Of a stretch of DNA of 24,285 bases, positions 6,261 to 15,309 are shown piece after piece. Origin of the DNA: a virus (Duplodnaviria; Caudoviricetes); the IMG/VR virus record IMGVR_UViG_3300023213_000033, positions 1 through 24,285 of that record; one strand, 5' to 3'. Position 1 is the first letter of the stretch; every line of letters starts with the position of its first letter. Under the pieces are notes generated by a model. That model was not told the origin of the DNA. It did no database searches and saw only the letters and a program-made list of their open reading frames with translations. A program made the translations under genes and the position numbers.

Positions 6261-6636
6261 ACGCGGATTCATGCGGAAGATGGCGGGTGGGGCGTTCCTG
6301 TTTACCTTGGCTGGGCATGGAAGGTGGATCCTTCAGGATGGGCCGCCAAAGCTTCAAAACGGCTGGGAGATTTATAATCCTTATGGGCAAGTGCTTTTCC
6401 CGGTCTATGCGCCTTCAGGCGGGCTCGCAACCGATTGCATTCTCTATCTCGTGAGGCCGTGGGCGAATGGCAAGGGTATGGATTCGATTCCGCTCGAGTT
6501 TGATGCTCTATCGCTGCACAATGCGGACAAAGAGGAAATGAAGAAACTTATCTTCGACCGGATTGATGCGGCCATCAAAGCGGACAAATTCCAAAAAGTC
6601 AAAGACGGCGAGGATTTAGGGAGAGAACATGCCTAA
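6250..6636 (+). CDS. Hypothetical protein with twin-arginine-like N-terminus
   Basis: GAGG RBS; MDGRRGFMRKMAGGAFLFTLAG. Confidence 0.7.
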   Translation: MDGRRGFMRKMAGGAFLFTLAGHGRWILQDGPPKLQNGWEIYNPYGQVLFPVYAPSGGLATDCILYLVRPWANGKGMDSIPLEFDALSLHNADKEEMKKLIFDRIDAAIKADKFQKVKDGEDLGREHA

Positions 6637-7117
6637 CTATCAAGGCGCTTCAGGCTCAAGCACGCTTCCAACCGGCATGCCTGGGATTGTGAATACCGCG
6701 CCACCATTAGGTCGCGGAGAATCCATTTACTTTTTTGGCGTGTTGGCCCCTGGCGCAACCCAACTTCCCGTCAATCCCACGAACGTAGTGGGTGAAACGC
6801 CGGCAGTTCCGCAAGCTTCCGCTTCCGTGAATATCGGCGACTATGCCGACATCGGCCCGGCGCCTGGAGTAAGCATTGAAGGGCAATTCTCTGGCGCTCC
6901 TGGAGCGTTCAGTTTACAGATCCAGGAAGCGGACACAGATGCGGACGTCTTTTACATCACGCCAACCAACGCGACGTATACGATCACCGCGGTATCTACG
7001 AACAATGTCTTCCGAGCCGATTTGATTCCGACTGGCGGCAGGTTCCTGCGCGCCCTGCTCGCCTCGAGAACAAATGCCGTTTCTTTGATTCTGAAAGTGA
7101 CGAGGCTACAACCCTAA
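6629..7117 (+). CDS. Hypothetical, probably virion-associated beta-rich protein
   Basis: GGGAGAG RBS; G/A/T/P-rich; TAATG coupling to terS. Confidence 0.7.
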   Translation: MPNYQGASGSSTLPTGMPGIVNTAPPLGRGESIYFFGVLAPGATQLPVNPTNVVGETPAVPQASASVNIGDYADIGPAPGVSIEGQFSGAPGAFSLQIQEADTDADVFYITPTNATYTITAVSTNNVFRADLIPTGGRFLRALLASRTNAVSLILKVTRLQP

Positions 7118-7506
7118 TGTTCAAAAAAGGTGATCGCGGAGGGCCTGGCCGGCCTAAAATGATCGAAGGCCGAACGGCAGACCTGAAAGCGGCTCAAAGA
7201 AAGCTGCAACAGCTTTTAGACTTAGAGCTTTTACAGCCTGCCGATGGTCCGAGGGTCGATGAGCTTGGCGCCATCGTCACAAAAGCCCAAAAGCTTGTGC
7301 GCCAACTGATTTCCGAAGCGCTTTCAGGGAAGGTGCAAGCTATCTCAATCGTCCTCGAGCGTTGGGCTGGGAAGCCTGCTCTGGTTGAGATTGAAAAGGC
7401 TTATGTCGAGCCCGTTCACGTAACCGTTTCGCATGTGGGAGGCTCGCCGCCTCCTGAGGCGACTGATGATCGACCTGGGAATTTCTTTCCAGCCAAAACA
7501 AACTAA
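7117..7506 (+). CDS. terS: Putative terminase small subunit
   Basis: N-terminal FKKG..GGPGRPK motif, C-terminal ER..GKP; directly upstream of and overlapping terL. Confidence 0.75.
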   Translation: MFKKGDRGGPGRPKMIEGRTADLKAAQRKLQQLLDLELLQPADGPRVDELGAIVTKAQKLVRQLISEALSGKVQAISIVLERWAGKPALVEIEKAYVEPVHVTVSHVGGSPPPEATDDRPGNFFPAKTN

Positions 7507-9046
7507 GGTTTTTCAGGCCTGGGAGCGCGGGAAGTATACGCGAATCGGCTTTGGCGGCGCTCGTGGAGGCTCAAAATCCGGTGGCGGCCGCCGGTTCATG
7601 CTGCTCCGCCGGCTGAAGTACGATAACACCACCGGATTAATCTTGAGACGTACCTACCCCGAACTCTACAAGTCTCACCTTGTCAAACTTTTCGCAGAAT
7701 TCCCGGAAACTAGAAAGTGGTGGCGCGAACAGTCGAAAGAATTGATTTGCCCGAATGGATCCCGCTTGTTTTTCGGCTCTGCGGAGCACGAATCGGATAT
7801 GGCGCAGTATTACTCTTCGGAATTCGCGGACATCATGTTCGATGAGGCCCAGGAATTCTCACAGTCAGAGATTGAGAAGGCTGCCGGATCGAATCGCTGC
7901 ACGACAAACAGCAAAATCGTGCCGGCTATGCTCTTCACGTTCATGCCGGGACTGTCTGAAACGGGCTTGCCACCAAAAGGACTCGATTACCTGAAGAGGG
8001 TTTTCGTAGAAGGGAAACAACGAGGCGATGAAACAAGACACAAGTGGGTTTTTGTCCAAGCTTTTGCTTGGGACAACGTTGAATGGGCCCGCCGACCGCT
8101 CGAGGAAGATGGAGTCAGCGCTGAGGAGTTTTACTCTTGGAGTTTCGAACGGCGCCGCGAGTATTTTATTGACAGGACCGATTTCGGAAAGACTTTGGCA
8201 GGTCTTACTAACCAAAATCTTCGAGAAGCTTGGCTTGACGGGAAGTGGGGAGCTTTTCAGGGGCAATACTTTTCAAATTACAGTTACGAACGAACTACAG
8301 TGCCGCATGAAGATATCCACATCGAGCGTTGGCATAGACTCTGGCTTTCCGGCGACTGGGGTCACGACCACCCGGCGTGTTTTCATTGGCACTGTGAGGA
8401 TGAAAACGGAGTCATTACTACTTTCAAGGAATTCTGGGGCCGGGAAATGTCGGAAAGGGCGATGGGAGAAGGGATATCTAGCCGTTCGGTTGGCATGGAC
8501 ATCAAACGCTTTTGGCTTTCCTGGGATGCATTCGGAAAACTCGACAAGAGAACGCAACAGCCGATCACGAGGCAGATTGCGGACCACCTAACAGAGAATA
8601 TTCCGGATCCAATCCCGGCGGATGCGAGCCCAGGAGCGCGCATCTCGGGCTGGCGCGCAATGTCCAACCGAATCGATGATGAAACCTGGAAAATCTCGAG
8701 AAAATGCGAAAAATTGATTGAATGCCTCCCGGTACTCGTCCGGGACATGCAACGGAACTCGGAAGACGTCCTGAAAGTGGATTATTCCGAGAATTTCATT
8801 GGGGATGATCCAGCAGACTCGGCTAGGCACGGAATTCAGCACGAATTGAAGGCTTCCGTGCGCCCGAAAGAAGTAAGAGTGCTTGAGAGATTGACGAAGC
8901 TTGCAAAAGAGCGTAATGTCTCGGTTGAAAAGATGGATCCAACCAATCGCGCTCGAATCGTCAATGCGTTGATCGCAAGCGAGGAGAAGCGCGAGAAGTC
9001 GTATAGAACTTACAAGCCGATATTTCGGCCAAGGCACTTCCAATGA
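7466..9046 (+). CDS. terL: Terminase large subunit (start at 7466 or 7433)
   Basis: Walker A GGARGGSKS, LRRTYPEL, Walker B IMFDEA, nuclease-domain GDWG and DDPADSARH. Confidence 0.95.
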   Translation: MIDLGISFQPKQTKVFQAWERGKYTRIGFGGARGGSKSGGGRRFMLLRRLKYDNTTGLILRRTYPELYKSHLVKLFAEFPETRKWWREQSKELICPNGSRLFFGSAEHESDMAQYYSSEFADIMFDEAQEFSQSEIEKAAGSNRCTTNSKIVPAMLFTFMPGLSETGLPPKGLDYLKRVFVEGKQRGDETRHKWVFVQAFAWDNVEWARRPLEEDGVSAEEFYSWSFERRREYFIDRTDFGKTLAGLTNQNLREAWLDGKWGAFQGQYFSNYSYERTTVPHEDIHIERWHRLWLSGDWGHDHPACFHWHCEDENGVITTFKEFWGREMSERAMGEGISSRSVGMDIKRFWLSWDAFGKLDKRTQQPITRQIADHLTENIPDPIPADASPGARISGWRAMSNRIDDETWKISRKCEKLIECLPVLVRDMQRNSEDVLKVDYSENFIGDDPADSARHGIQHELKASVRPKEVRVLERLTKLAKERNVSVEKMDPTNRARIVNALIASEEKREKSYRTYKPIFRPRHFQ

Positions 9047-9459
9047 GTTTTGGAGCATGGTTTGTCGTCAGCTTTGTCCTATTTTGGATGGTTGTCGTTT
9101 TCGGATATACGATCATCTTGCCCCAGGCGCGGAAGTTGCGCTGGCCACTAGTTTCTCGGAAGGCTTATGAGGCGAAAATCGAAGAGTATGAGGCGCGGCT
9201 CCATGACATCGAACGCCACTTTGTAACGAAGCGGGATCCGGCTACCGGCCAGGTCACGGAAACGCTCGCAGACCGCGTTCAGAAGAAATTCAAGCCGAAG
9301 CGTGTTACCTGGCAGCAAACACGCGCTTGGCTCGAGGCGACAGATGACGGCCGGCGAAAAGATTCGAAACCTTGGGGCGTGGGCGCAGAACACGGCGTAA
9401 AGCTCGCAAGCCCCAAAGAAGCGAAGGAAGCGGAAAAGCCGGTTGAGGCGAAGACGTAG
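9043..9459 (+). CDS. Hypothetical protein with N-terminal transmembrane helix
   Basis: WFVVSFVLFWMVVVFGYTIIL; ATGA coupling to terL. Confidence 0.75.
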   Translation: MSFGAWFVVSFVLFWMVVVFGYTIILPQARKLRWPLVSRKAYEAKIEEYEARLHDIERHFVTKRDPATGQVTETLADRVQKKFKPKRVTWQQTRAWLEATDDGRRKDSKPWGVGAEHGVKLASPKEAKEAEKPVEAKT

Positions 9460-9737
9460 TGGCCTCGACACGCGACCTCGAGGATACGCTCCGCGGGAAA
9501 GCCGACAAAGATCCCCGAGAGCCGGTTTACCCGAAAAAGTTTTGGCATCTCGCAGGAATGCCAGTCCCAAAGGGAGGCTCAAGCTGTTCTAACTGCAAGT
9601 TCCTGAAAGATGATAGAGTGAACTGCGGAGAGCCGAATTTCATAGCATGGGAGGGTCCGGGAAAACCTGCCGGGTCGCCCAAAATACCAGGAGCGATAGA
9701 CGCCTATTGCTCCATTTGGTTCGAACCGAGGAGATGA
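9459..9737 (+). CDS. Small four-cysteine protein (HiPIP-like Cys pattern)
   Basis: CSNCKF...C...YCSIW; TAGTG coupling to the previous gene. Confidence 0.7.
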   Translation: MASTRDLEDTLRGKADKDPREPVYPKKFWHLAGMPVPKGGSSCSNCKFLKDDRVNCGEPNFIAWEGPGKPAGSPKIPGAIDAYCSIWFEPRR

Positions 9738-9740
9738 AAA

Positions 9741-10058
9741 ATGGATCATTTTATGAATCCGAGCTATGGCGCGATGATGGGTCAGGGCGAAGGCTCTCGA
9801 GAACAGGACGAAGGTCTGGCGGCAAAGAAGGAAGAAGGTAAACGCGCCGCGCACGACAAGCCTCCGCACATCCACATCCACTCGCACGACAAGGGTCATA
9901 CCGTCCATATCATGCATCACGACGGAACGCACGAGAAGCATGAGCATGCCCCCGGGGACGTTGACGGGATCGCAGCTCACCTGCACGAGCATCTAGGATC
10001 TGGCGAAGAAACCGGCGAAATGGGCGCCTCTCCGGGCGGCGCCGAATCAGAGTATTAG
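9741..10058 (+). CDS. His-rich hypothetical protein
   Basis: GAGGAG RBS; 16 His, many in HxHxH runs. Confidence 0.8.
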   Translation: MDHFMNPSYGAMMGQGEGSREQDEGLAAKKEEGKRAAHDKPPHIHIHSHDKGHTVHIMHHDGTHEKHEHAPGDVDGIAAHLHEHLGSGEETGEMGASPGGAESEY

Positions 10059-10097
10059 TAAAAACGCGAAAAATTCGGAAGAAGAGGAGACACCACA

Positions 10098-11003
10098 GTG
10101 AAAAACTGGAAGAGAGCCCTAATCATCGTCGGTTTTATCGTCGCGAACCATGTTCTTGACGGTGGGCCGTTCGATCTTCTTGTGAAGTACGCGCCGTTTG
10201 GAGGACAAATCAGAGCTCAAAGTTACCTCCATAGGCAGGGAGTTGATTTCTATTCGGCCGGTTACAATACGTGGTCCGCCACGATCCTTTCTGGAACGTC
10301 AAGCGGCTCGGGGACGATCATTGTTCTGCCGGCCGGCTATCAGTCTGGTGGTGTAGTGCTCGCTGATGGCGCGGTCATTCCAATTCAGAATGTTTTCACG
10401 ACCAACAATCCGATTCTGATTAACGACGCGAACGCCGAGACGGTTACGCCGACATCGGTAAGCTTTGCGTCTTGCCCAGTAGGGGCCCTGGGAGTCGGAG
10501 CCTCGTCAACGTGCGCGAGCGTCACGGCCACGTTTTCTAATGCCCATGGACCTTCCGGGGCGTCACCCATTGTGTTTTCAGGTTCTCAAGGCATTGCCGA
10601 GGCCTGGACAGATTGTGCTGCCAACGGAGGAGGAGTGCTTCACTGGACGGCGGATACCGGAATCGTTACGCTCAACACCGGATCTACCACAACCACCACT
10701 GCGACCAAGGTTCCCGCCGTCTACATTTCCCTTGCCGGCAGCGGAAGGGTCACAACCACGATTACAACCTCAACCTCATGGGCAGTCGGAACCGCCACAA
10801 ATACGACGGACTTCTGTACTGCTCAGACTACGCTTACGGCTGGGACGACTTGTAACGTGGTGGCTGCAACTTCCCCGACAGCGAGGGGTACGGGCGGAAT
10901 CGCCCTTACCGCAGTAGTCTTCACGATGGGAACAGGAGCCCCCGGCGCCGGCGCCATCAAGGCCCGCGTTTACGGGTTAACCAACGTACAACCAAGTTCC
11001 TGA
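10098..11003 (+). CDS. Thr/Gly/Ser/Ala-rich putative structural or surface protein with signal-like N-terminus
   Basis: GAGGAG RBS, GTG start; MKNWKRALIIVGFIVA. Confidence 0.8.
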   Translation: MKNWKRALIIVGFIVANHVLDGGPFDLLVKYAPFGGQIRAQSYLHRQGVDFYSAGYNTWSATILSGTSSGSGTIIVLPAGYQSGGVVLADGAVIPIQNVFTTNNPILINDANAETVTPTSVSFASCPVGALGVGASSTCASVTATFSNAHGPSGASPIVFSGSQGIAEAWTDCAANGGGVLHWTADTGIVTLNTGSTTTTTATKVPAVYISLAGSGRVTTTITTSTSWAVGTATNTTDFCTAQTTLTAGTTCNVVAATSPTARGTGGIALTAVVFTMGTGAPGAGAIKARVYGLTNVQPSS

Positions 11004-11018
11004 GGCCCAGCCACAGCG

Positions 11019-11210
11019 ATGCCGTGGAAACCCCAAGAAGCGGAGAAACACACGCACAAAGCCAATACGCCTAAAAAGCGTAGGATGTGGGCCGACGTGG
11101 CGGACAGGGCGCTTGCAAATGGCAGCTCGGAAGGCAGCGCCATAAGACAAGCGAATGCGGTTGCAGCAGGAACCGCTCGTCACGTCAGCCCAAGTAAAAG
11201 GCGAAAATGA
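11019..11210 (+). CDS. Small basic protein, ChaB-like pattern
   Basis: MPW...RRMWADVA..AL..G.SEGSAIRQANA. Confidence 0.75.
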   Translation: MPWKPQEAEKHTHKANTPKKRRMWADVADRALANGSSEGSAIRQANAVAAGTARHVSPSKRRK

Positions 11211-11404
11211 GCGAGATTGAGACGCAAGGCGAAGTAATCGCGCAGCCGCAACTCGCCAAAGTTTTTATCGGCCGGCGACCGGGCGGGCTTGTGGTGATTG
11301 ATTTCGGTCAATCCATTACCGCAATGGAGCTGACAGTAGACCAGGCGGACCTTCTAGCGCGCACGATTATGAAACAAGTGCTTCTCGCGAAGGTCGGACG
11401 ATGA
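11207..11404 (+). CDS. Small hypothetical protein
   Basis: ATGA-coupled on both sides. Confidence 0.75.
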   Translation: MSEIETQGEVIAQPQLAKVFIGRRPGGLVVIDFGQSITAMELTVDQADLLARTIMKQVLLAKVGR

Positions 11405-12282
11405 AGAAATGGCAACAGGTTTTACTCCTTGCGGCGGTCGCCCTTCTTTGCCTCGCACTCGCCGCAGGCCAAGGGCAGAATTTCCCAGGGGGCGGTGGCG
11501 GAGGTGATGGCGGCGTGAACGCACAGAGCGTGCCTTACACAGCTACTGCCGCTGATGCCGGGAAGTTGATAACGCAGGCCGTGGGGGGCAACAACATCAC
11601 GCTCCCTAACCCAGTGCCTTCGGCGACTTGGTTCGCCACGATTAAGGCATTGGGAGGAGATATTGCCATAGTTCCTAACGGGCTCACTCTGGATGGATCA
11701 GGCGCAAACTATGTCATCGGAACGAACGATGCGGTCACCGTCTACTCAAATGGCACGAATTACGTCACGGGTGGGCAAGGAGCCAGCGGCGGATCGGCCC
11801 TAACGAACAGCACACTAGGCAATGTTTGGACGATAGGCGCGATCCAGAGTATACCCGGGAGCATCAAATTTTCTGGAAGTGCCGGACAGGTTAACGCGGC
11901 GTCGGGGGCAGTTGAATTAGTCAGCGGAGGGACACCTAACGGAGCAGTTGCATGGCGGAACAACGGCAGCACGGGAGATATTCTCCTCGTCCCGAACACT
12001 TCGGACGTTCTGACGTTGCAAGTCGCTGCCGGGAATCAGCACCCGTTGCGCCCGATCGAGCAGGGATCTTGCACGATGGCCGCTGGCACAACTTGCACGT
12101 TTACGATTGGGGCATCGTTTAGCTCGACGCCATTGACGCTGGTGAGCATCGACGCCGCCTCAACGCCCCCGGCGACTGCTATATCGGTGAAATGCTCAGC
12201 CGCGGGGACTACGGTGACAATAACCGCTGGAGCTTCGAACTCGCTGACGTGGGACTGCTCCTTGATCGGGAATCCAAATTAA
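11401..12282 (+). CDS. Fibre/decoration-like protein with N-terminal signal peptide
   Basis: MKKWQQVLLLAAVALLCLALAA; YTATAADAGKLI...ITLP and YSNGTNY segments resemble fibre domains. Confidence 0.8.
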   Translation: MKKWQQVLLLAAVALLCLALAAGQGQNFPGGGGGGDGGVNAQSVPYTATAADAGKLITQAVGGNNITLPNPVPSATWFATIKALGGDIAIVPNGLTLDGSGANYVIGTNDAVTVYSNGTNYVTGGQGASGGSALTNSTLGNVWTIGAIQSIPGSIKFSGSAGQVNAASGAVELVSGGTPNGAVAWRNNGSTGDILLVPNTSDVLTLQVAAGNQHPLRPIEQGSCTMAAGTTCTFTIGASFSSTPLTLVSIDAASTPPATAISVKCSAAGTTVTITAGASNSLTWDCSLIGNPN

Positions 12283-12290
12283 AGGAGCTT

Positions 12291-14765
12291 ATGGCTGACC
12301 TAGCGGATGCGAGTCTACAAGAGCATGACACGGCAGCTCAAGAGCAGGTCAATGAGGACGAAACCGAGCAAGAAGGATTCGATCCCGATGACCCGCTAGG
12401 GGAAAAGCCGGAACTCCAGCGAGAGCTATACCAGCTCTGGCTCAAGCTCATGGGAGAAGACCGCTATGCCCGGCTTGTCGAAGTCAGAGACGTCAAGCAA
12501 GCGGAAATGTACTGGAGAAACCTCCAATACATCTGGTGGAGCGACCAGGACCAGCGCTGGAACCTTCCTTCTCAAGCCTCTGCAGTCAACTGGTCGGACC
12601 TTGACATTGACGATATGCCGAGGTTTGAATTCTCGACTAACATCTACCAAGCTTTCGGCCTTACTGGAATTGGAGCGCTCACTCAAGCGCCTCCACGACA
12701 GCGGTTTTTCCCTGACGATGCCGATGACCCAGAAGACCTCGACGTTGCCGAAGCGGACACGAAGCTTGCGAAGCTGATTTGGCGCTGGAACCCGATTCAG
12801 CTCCTCATGCAAGAAGAGGCCTGGCACCAATATACCGGTGGAGTCATTGGACTTTATACGCGGTACGTAGAAGACGGAAGCAGGTACGGATATGAGCCGA
12901 TTGAGCGGTTGCAGTCGTCTGAGGACCAGGAACCGGATACCCTCCAATGCCCAAATTGCGGATGGTCCGCGCCGGCTCTCAAGGCAAGGCCCCCTATACC
13001 CTGCCCAGGATGCGGGCAGCAGCTCACAGAAGACAACATTATTCCTGGGCAAACTTCTACGGTCCCAGTTAGTGGTGAAACGGAAGAGCAAGCCAAAGGG
13101 CGCCAACTCATCACCGCGCACGGAGCGCTCAACCTCAAGCGCCCACAATGGGCTCAGGAACAAAGCCAGTTCCACTATCTGGCACTCGAGGACGAATTCC
13201 ATTATGCGGTTCTTCGACATGCCCACCCTCATGTTGCCGACAAAATCAAACCCGGTGCGGGCTTTGGCGCCGATGATGCTTATGAGAGAAATGCTCGGCT
13301 CTCATCTGCCGAAGGAACTCGCCTGCTTACTCAGACTGGACCGGCGCAGTCCATCCTTTGCACGTATGCGCGCATTTGGTTTCGGCCGTCTGCTTTTTGG
13401 ATCCTCTCAAAAGAAAGTCGAAAGAAATTCATCGACGCATGCCCGGAAATCGAAACAGTAGGCTACCGAGCTAATTTTGCCGGCGATGTCTACTGCGAAG
13501 GGCGCGCAGAATCGATGGATAAGCACTGGCGGATCTACCACGCCATGCCCGGCCGCGGCCAGCATCGGCCTGGAACCGGCTCGAGCATGATATCGGTCCA
13601 GGATCGCTTCAATACATTCACAAACATTTCCGCTGAAACCTACGAGTACGGTATCCCGATTACCTACCGAGATGCGGAAACTTTCGACGAAGAGGCGAAT
13701 GAAGATCAACGGTCGGAGCCTGGTTCAGAAGTTCCAGTTTTCTTGGACCCGGCCGCCGACATTCGCGCCAAGATTATGCAGACCCGGGCCGATTCGGTCA
13801 GCCCTGACATGTATAAGCACATGATGGACCTCATGGGCCCGATTGGGCAATTCCTGACCGGATATTACCCTGCTCTCCAGGGCAACCCGGAGGCCGGCAC
13901 AGAAACCATGGGCGGGATGGCAATTCAACGCGACCAAGCCATGGGCCGCGCCGGCGTTCCTTACGTTCCAATGAAACAGGCGCATGCGGATATCTCTTCG
14001 CTTGCTTGCGAAGACTACCGCGCCAAGCAGAAGGAAGGGATCGTCAAAATGACGGTCCTTGGCGGGACTGGAGACTTTGAAACGGAAGCCGTTGACGTTG
14101 CCGCGCTTACCGGCAGTTGCAAGGCCTACCCGGAGGGCGATGAAGCTTTCCCGGAGCTGTGGAACCAGAAGCGCGCAACCATGATGAACATTATGGATTC
14201 GCCGCAAGGCCAGATGCTTATAACGGATCCAGACGTGGGCCCGGACAATTCAGATCTATTTGTGAAGCTTACCGGAATTGACGGGCTCAAGACCCCAGGC
14301 TCTCTCGCAAAGAAAAAAGCTATGCGCTGCATCGGCCTGCTCATAAAGATACCGCCGGGCGCCGACGCCTCGCCGGACATGAGCCGAGACGCTGTGGGCC
14401 TGGTGGATCCAGATGTTGATGACCACGCAAATCTAGCGGCCGCGGTTCGCCGATGGATGAACGATGACGATGGAATGCGCTGCAATAAGCAGAACCCGCA
14501 AGGCTATCTGAACGTGAAAGCGTACATGATGGCGCAGAAGAAATTGATTCCACCTCCTCCTCCGGCGGAAAAGCCATTGTCGCCGAGTCTTTCGACTAAA
14601 TTCGTCGATTTGCCACCAGCGGCACAAATGCAAATTTTGCAGCAAATGGGAATTCAGGTATCGCCGACTGATTTTATTGTTAAGATGGGTCTGGACCAAG
14701 CCGCGAAGAAGCCGCGTGAAGGGGGATTGAGGGATGTTGCTGTACCTACTCCACAACAATCTTAA
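12291..14765 (+). CDS. Portal protein (large, podovirus/P22-like)
   Basis: AAGGAG RBS at ATG 12291; about 820 aa; TNIYQ.F motif; acidic N-terminus and Pro/Gln-rich C-terminus; lies between terL and the scaffold/capsid genes. Confidence 0.85.
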   Translation: MADLADASLQEHDTAAQEQVNEDETEQEGFDPDDPLGEKPELQRELYQLWLKLMGEDRYARLVEVRDVKQAEMYWRNLQYIWWSDQDQRWNLPSQASAVNWSDLDIDDMPRFEFSTNIYQAFGLTGIGALTQAPPRQRFFPDDADDPEDLDVAEADTKLAKLIWRWNPIQLLMQEEAWHQYTGGVIGLYTRYVEDGSRYGYEPIERLQSSEDQEPDTLQCPNCGWSAPALKARPPIPCPGCGQQLTEDNIIPGQTSTVPVSGETEEQAKGRQLITAHGALNLKRPQWAQEQSQFHYLALEDEFHYAVLRHAHPHVADKIKPGAGFGADDAYERNARLSSAEGTRLLTQTGPAQSILCTYARIWFRPSAFWILSKESRKKFIDACPEIETVGYRANFAGDVYCEGRAESMDKHWRIYHAMPGRGQHRPGTGSSMISVQDRFNTFTNISAETYEYGIPITYRDAETFDEEANEDQRSEPGSEVPVFLDPAADIRAKIMQTRADSVSPDMYKHMMDLMGPIGQFLTGYYPALQGNPEAGTETMGGMAIQRDQAMGRAGVPYVPMKQAHADISSLACEDYRAKQKEGIVKMTVLGGTGDFETEAVDVAALTGSCKAYPEGDEAFPELWNQKRATMMNIMDSPQGQMLITDPDVGPDNSDLFVKLTGIDGLKTPGSLAKKKAMRCIGLLIKIPPGADASPDMSRDAVGLVDPDVDDHANLAAAVRRWMNDDDGMRCNKQNPQGYLNVKAYMMAQKKLIPPPPPAEKPLSPSLSTKFVDLPPAAQMQILQQMGIQVSPTDFIVKMGLDQAAKKPREGGLRDVAVPTPQQS

Positions 14766-15309
14766 CGGCAAGGTTTATGTCGGGCAGACGGTTCGCCCTC
14801 TCGCCATGCGCTGGAAGTGGCACAAGGGAGATCGACTCAAGCCACGCAATGCTATCGCCCAAGCCCTCAGGCGATACGGTGTTGAGAACTTTTCCGTAGA
14901 AATGATCCGCGATGATTTCCAAACACAATCCGAATTGAACAACGCCGAAAAACTCTTTATTATCGCGCTCCGCAGCGCCGAGAAGCGATACGGGTATAAC
15001 ATTGCGCTTGGCGGCAATGGCCCAGGCAGCCATTCAGCCGAAACCCGCAAGAAGATCAGCGCGACGATGCGGTCTAAAGGCGTCCAGCCATCGGTATCCG
15101 TTAGAACCTTAGCGAATGCCGCTCGCCTCGGTAGCTGCCACAGCGCCGACGCGAAAGCAAAGATGAGCGAAGCTGGAAAGCGTCACACGGCAGAGCACAT
15201 GCGAAGGCTTCAAGAAGGACGAATGCGAAGAGTTCTTGGCAAACCAGCACTAAAATTCGGCGGATTGTTCGGGCCCCCGCCACCCGCAGGAGCACCACAG
15301 AATGGGTAA
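14734..15309 (+). CDS. GIY-YIG homing endonuclease with NUMOD3-type repeats
   Basis: LLYLLHNNLNGKVYVGQT..L..RW..H, conserved Glu (NNAEK), GYNI; repeats HSAETRKKIS and HSADAKAKMS. Confidence 0.92.
   Translation: MLLYLLHNNLNGKVYVGQTVRPLAMRWKWHKGDRLKPRNAIAQALRRYGVENFSVEMIRDDFQTQSELNNAEKLFIIALRSAEKRYGYNIALGGNGPGSHSAETRKKISATMRSKGVQPSVSVRTLANAARLGSCHSADAKAKMSEAGKRHTAEHMRRLQEGRMRRVLGKPALKFGGLFGPPPPAGAPQNG

Noticed and set aside
12192-12290. Portal start at 12192 as given in the ORF track
   Set aside because: Overlaps the upstream gene; ATG 12291 has a clear AAGGAG RBS.
14734-15309. Group I intron interrupting the portal gene
   Set aside because: The insert is coding from end to end and I could not find room or P/Q/R/S core sequences for a ribozyme.
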